A stretch of 61,669 nucleotides of DNA, taken from Pseudomonadota bacterium (GTDB lineage Bacteria; Pseudomonadota; Alphaproteobacteria; CACIAM-22H2). Both the position numbers and the translations under genes were made by a program. The stretch's first letter is position 1. Every line of letters starts with the position of its first letter. The notes below the pieces were generated by a model. The model was not told the origin of the DNA, did no database searches, and worked only from the letters and a program-made list of their open reading frames with translations. Location of the stretch: assembly GCA_041178225.1 (NCBI GenBank), contig JBEGVV010000167.1:1-61669 (forward strand), in the 5' to 3' direction. This document shows, piece after piece, positions 59,797-61,669 of the stretch.

Positions 59797-59931
59797 ATGT
59801 CGACAGCCATCGCGGTCCATCTCCGCGCCATGATCGGGAACTTCGCGGGCCTCGCCGGGGCGGCGCTCCTCGCCCTCGCCTCGGGCAGGCTCCTCGGGGA
59901 CACGCTCGCGCGACTGCTCGCGACGGGCTGA
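59797..59931 (+). CDS. Putative 44-aa hydrophobic small protein
   Basis: [44 protein letters not shown]; strongly G/C-ending codons; fills the mtnA-tRNA-Val gap; no clear RBS. Confidence 0.45.
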   Translation: MSTAIAVHLRAMIGNFAGLAGAALLALASGRLLGDTLARLLATG

Positions 59932-59945
59932 CCTGGCCGCGGCGC

Positions 59946-60020
59946 GGTGGGCGATGACGGGCTCGAACCGCCGACATCCTCCGTGTAAAGGAGGCGCTCT
60001 GCCAACTGAGCTAATCGCCC
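59946..60020 (-). tRNA. tRNA-Val(TAC)
   Basis: GGGCGATTAGCTCAGTTGGCAGAGC..TTTACAC..GGTTCGAGCC..CGCCCACC; genomic 3' end is ACCG, not ACCA. Confidence 0.95.
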
Positions 60021-60062
60021 TTCCGCGTGCCGCCGGCGTTATCGCACGCGGCGGCGGGCATG

Positions 60063-60091
60063 AAAAAGGCCCCGCGCGGGCGCGGGGCCTT
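60063..60091 (-). terminator. Rho-independent terminator after lon
   Basis: AAGGCCCCGCG-cccg-CGCGGGGCC followed by TTTTT on the minus strand. Confidence 0.85.
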
Positions 60092-60120
60092 CTCCTTGCG
60101 TGGCGGCGAGCCCGCCGCGG

Positions 60121-61669
<1,549 letters not shown>

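Overview
High-GC alphaproteobacterial core-genome window (gene order and protein style suggest a Rhodospirillales-like lineage; this is inference). Left to right it holds lexA-comEC-gltX-gltA, then the rpsB-tsf-pyrH-frr-uppS-cdsA-rseP-bamA-skp-lpxD-fabZ-lpxA-lpxI-lpxB cluster (minus strand), dnaE, dcd, lolD/lolCE, proS and a BMP-family nucleoside ABC transporter. These are followed by DUF1467-mce-rnj-coaX-birA, a complete nuoA-N operon, tRNA-Asp, mtnA, tRNA-Val and the 3' part of lon. I found no mobile element, CRISPR array, prophage or defence system, and no large novel multi-gene system is evident. The best leads are small. (1) An unannotated sRNA-like unit (~39932-40030) at the syntenic position of the alpha-r9 family, whose CTAG-containing segment is complementary to the bamA start-codon region and the proS 5' leader. 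(2) Two small hydrophobic ORFs, one carrying a tmRNA-tag-like ANDN motif. (3) A perfect DnaA box abutting two SOS boxes at lexA. (4) Absence of dxr and hup from their usual slots. (5) An accessory block between lolD and dnaE containing a DUF350 protein plus membrane serine protease, and a transglutaminase lacking its usual DUF2126 extension. Start codons were chosen by eye and family assignments come from recalled motifs, not database searches.
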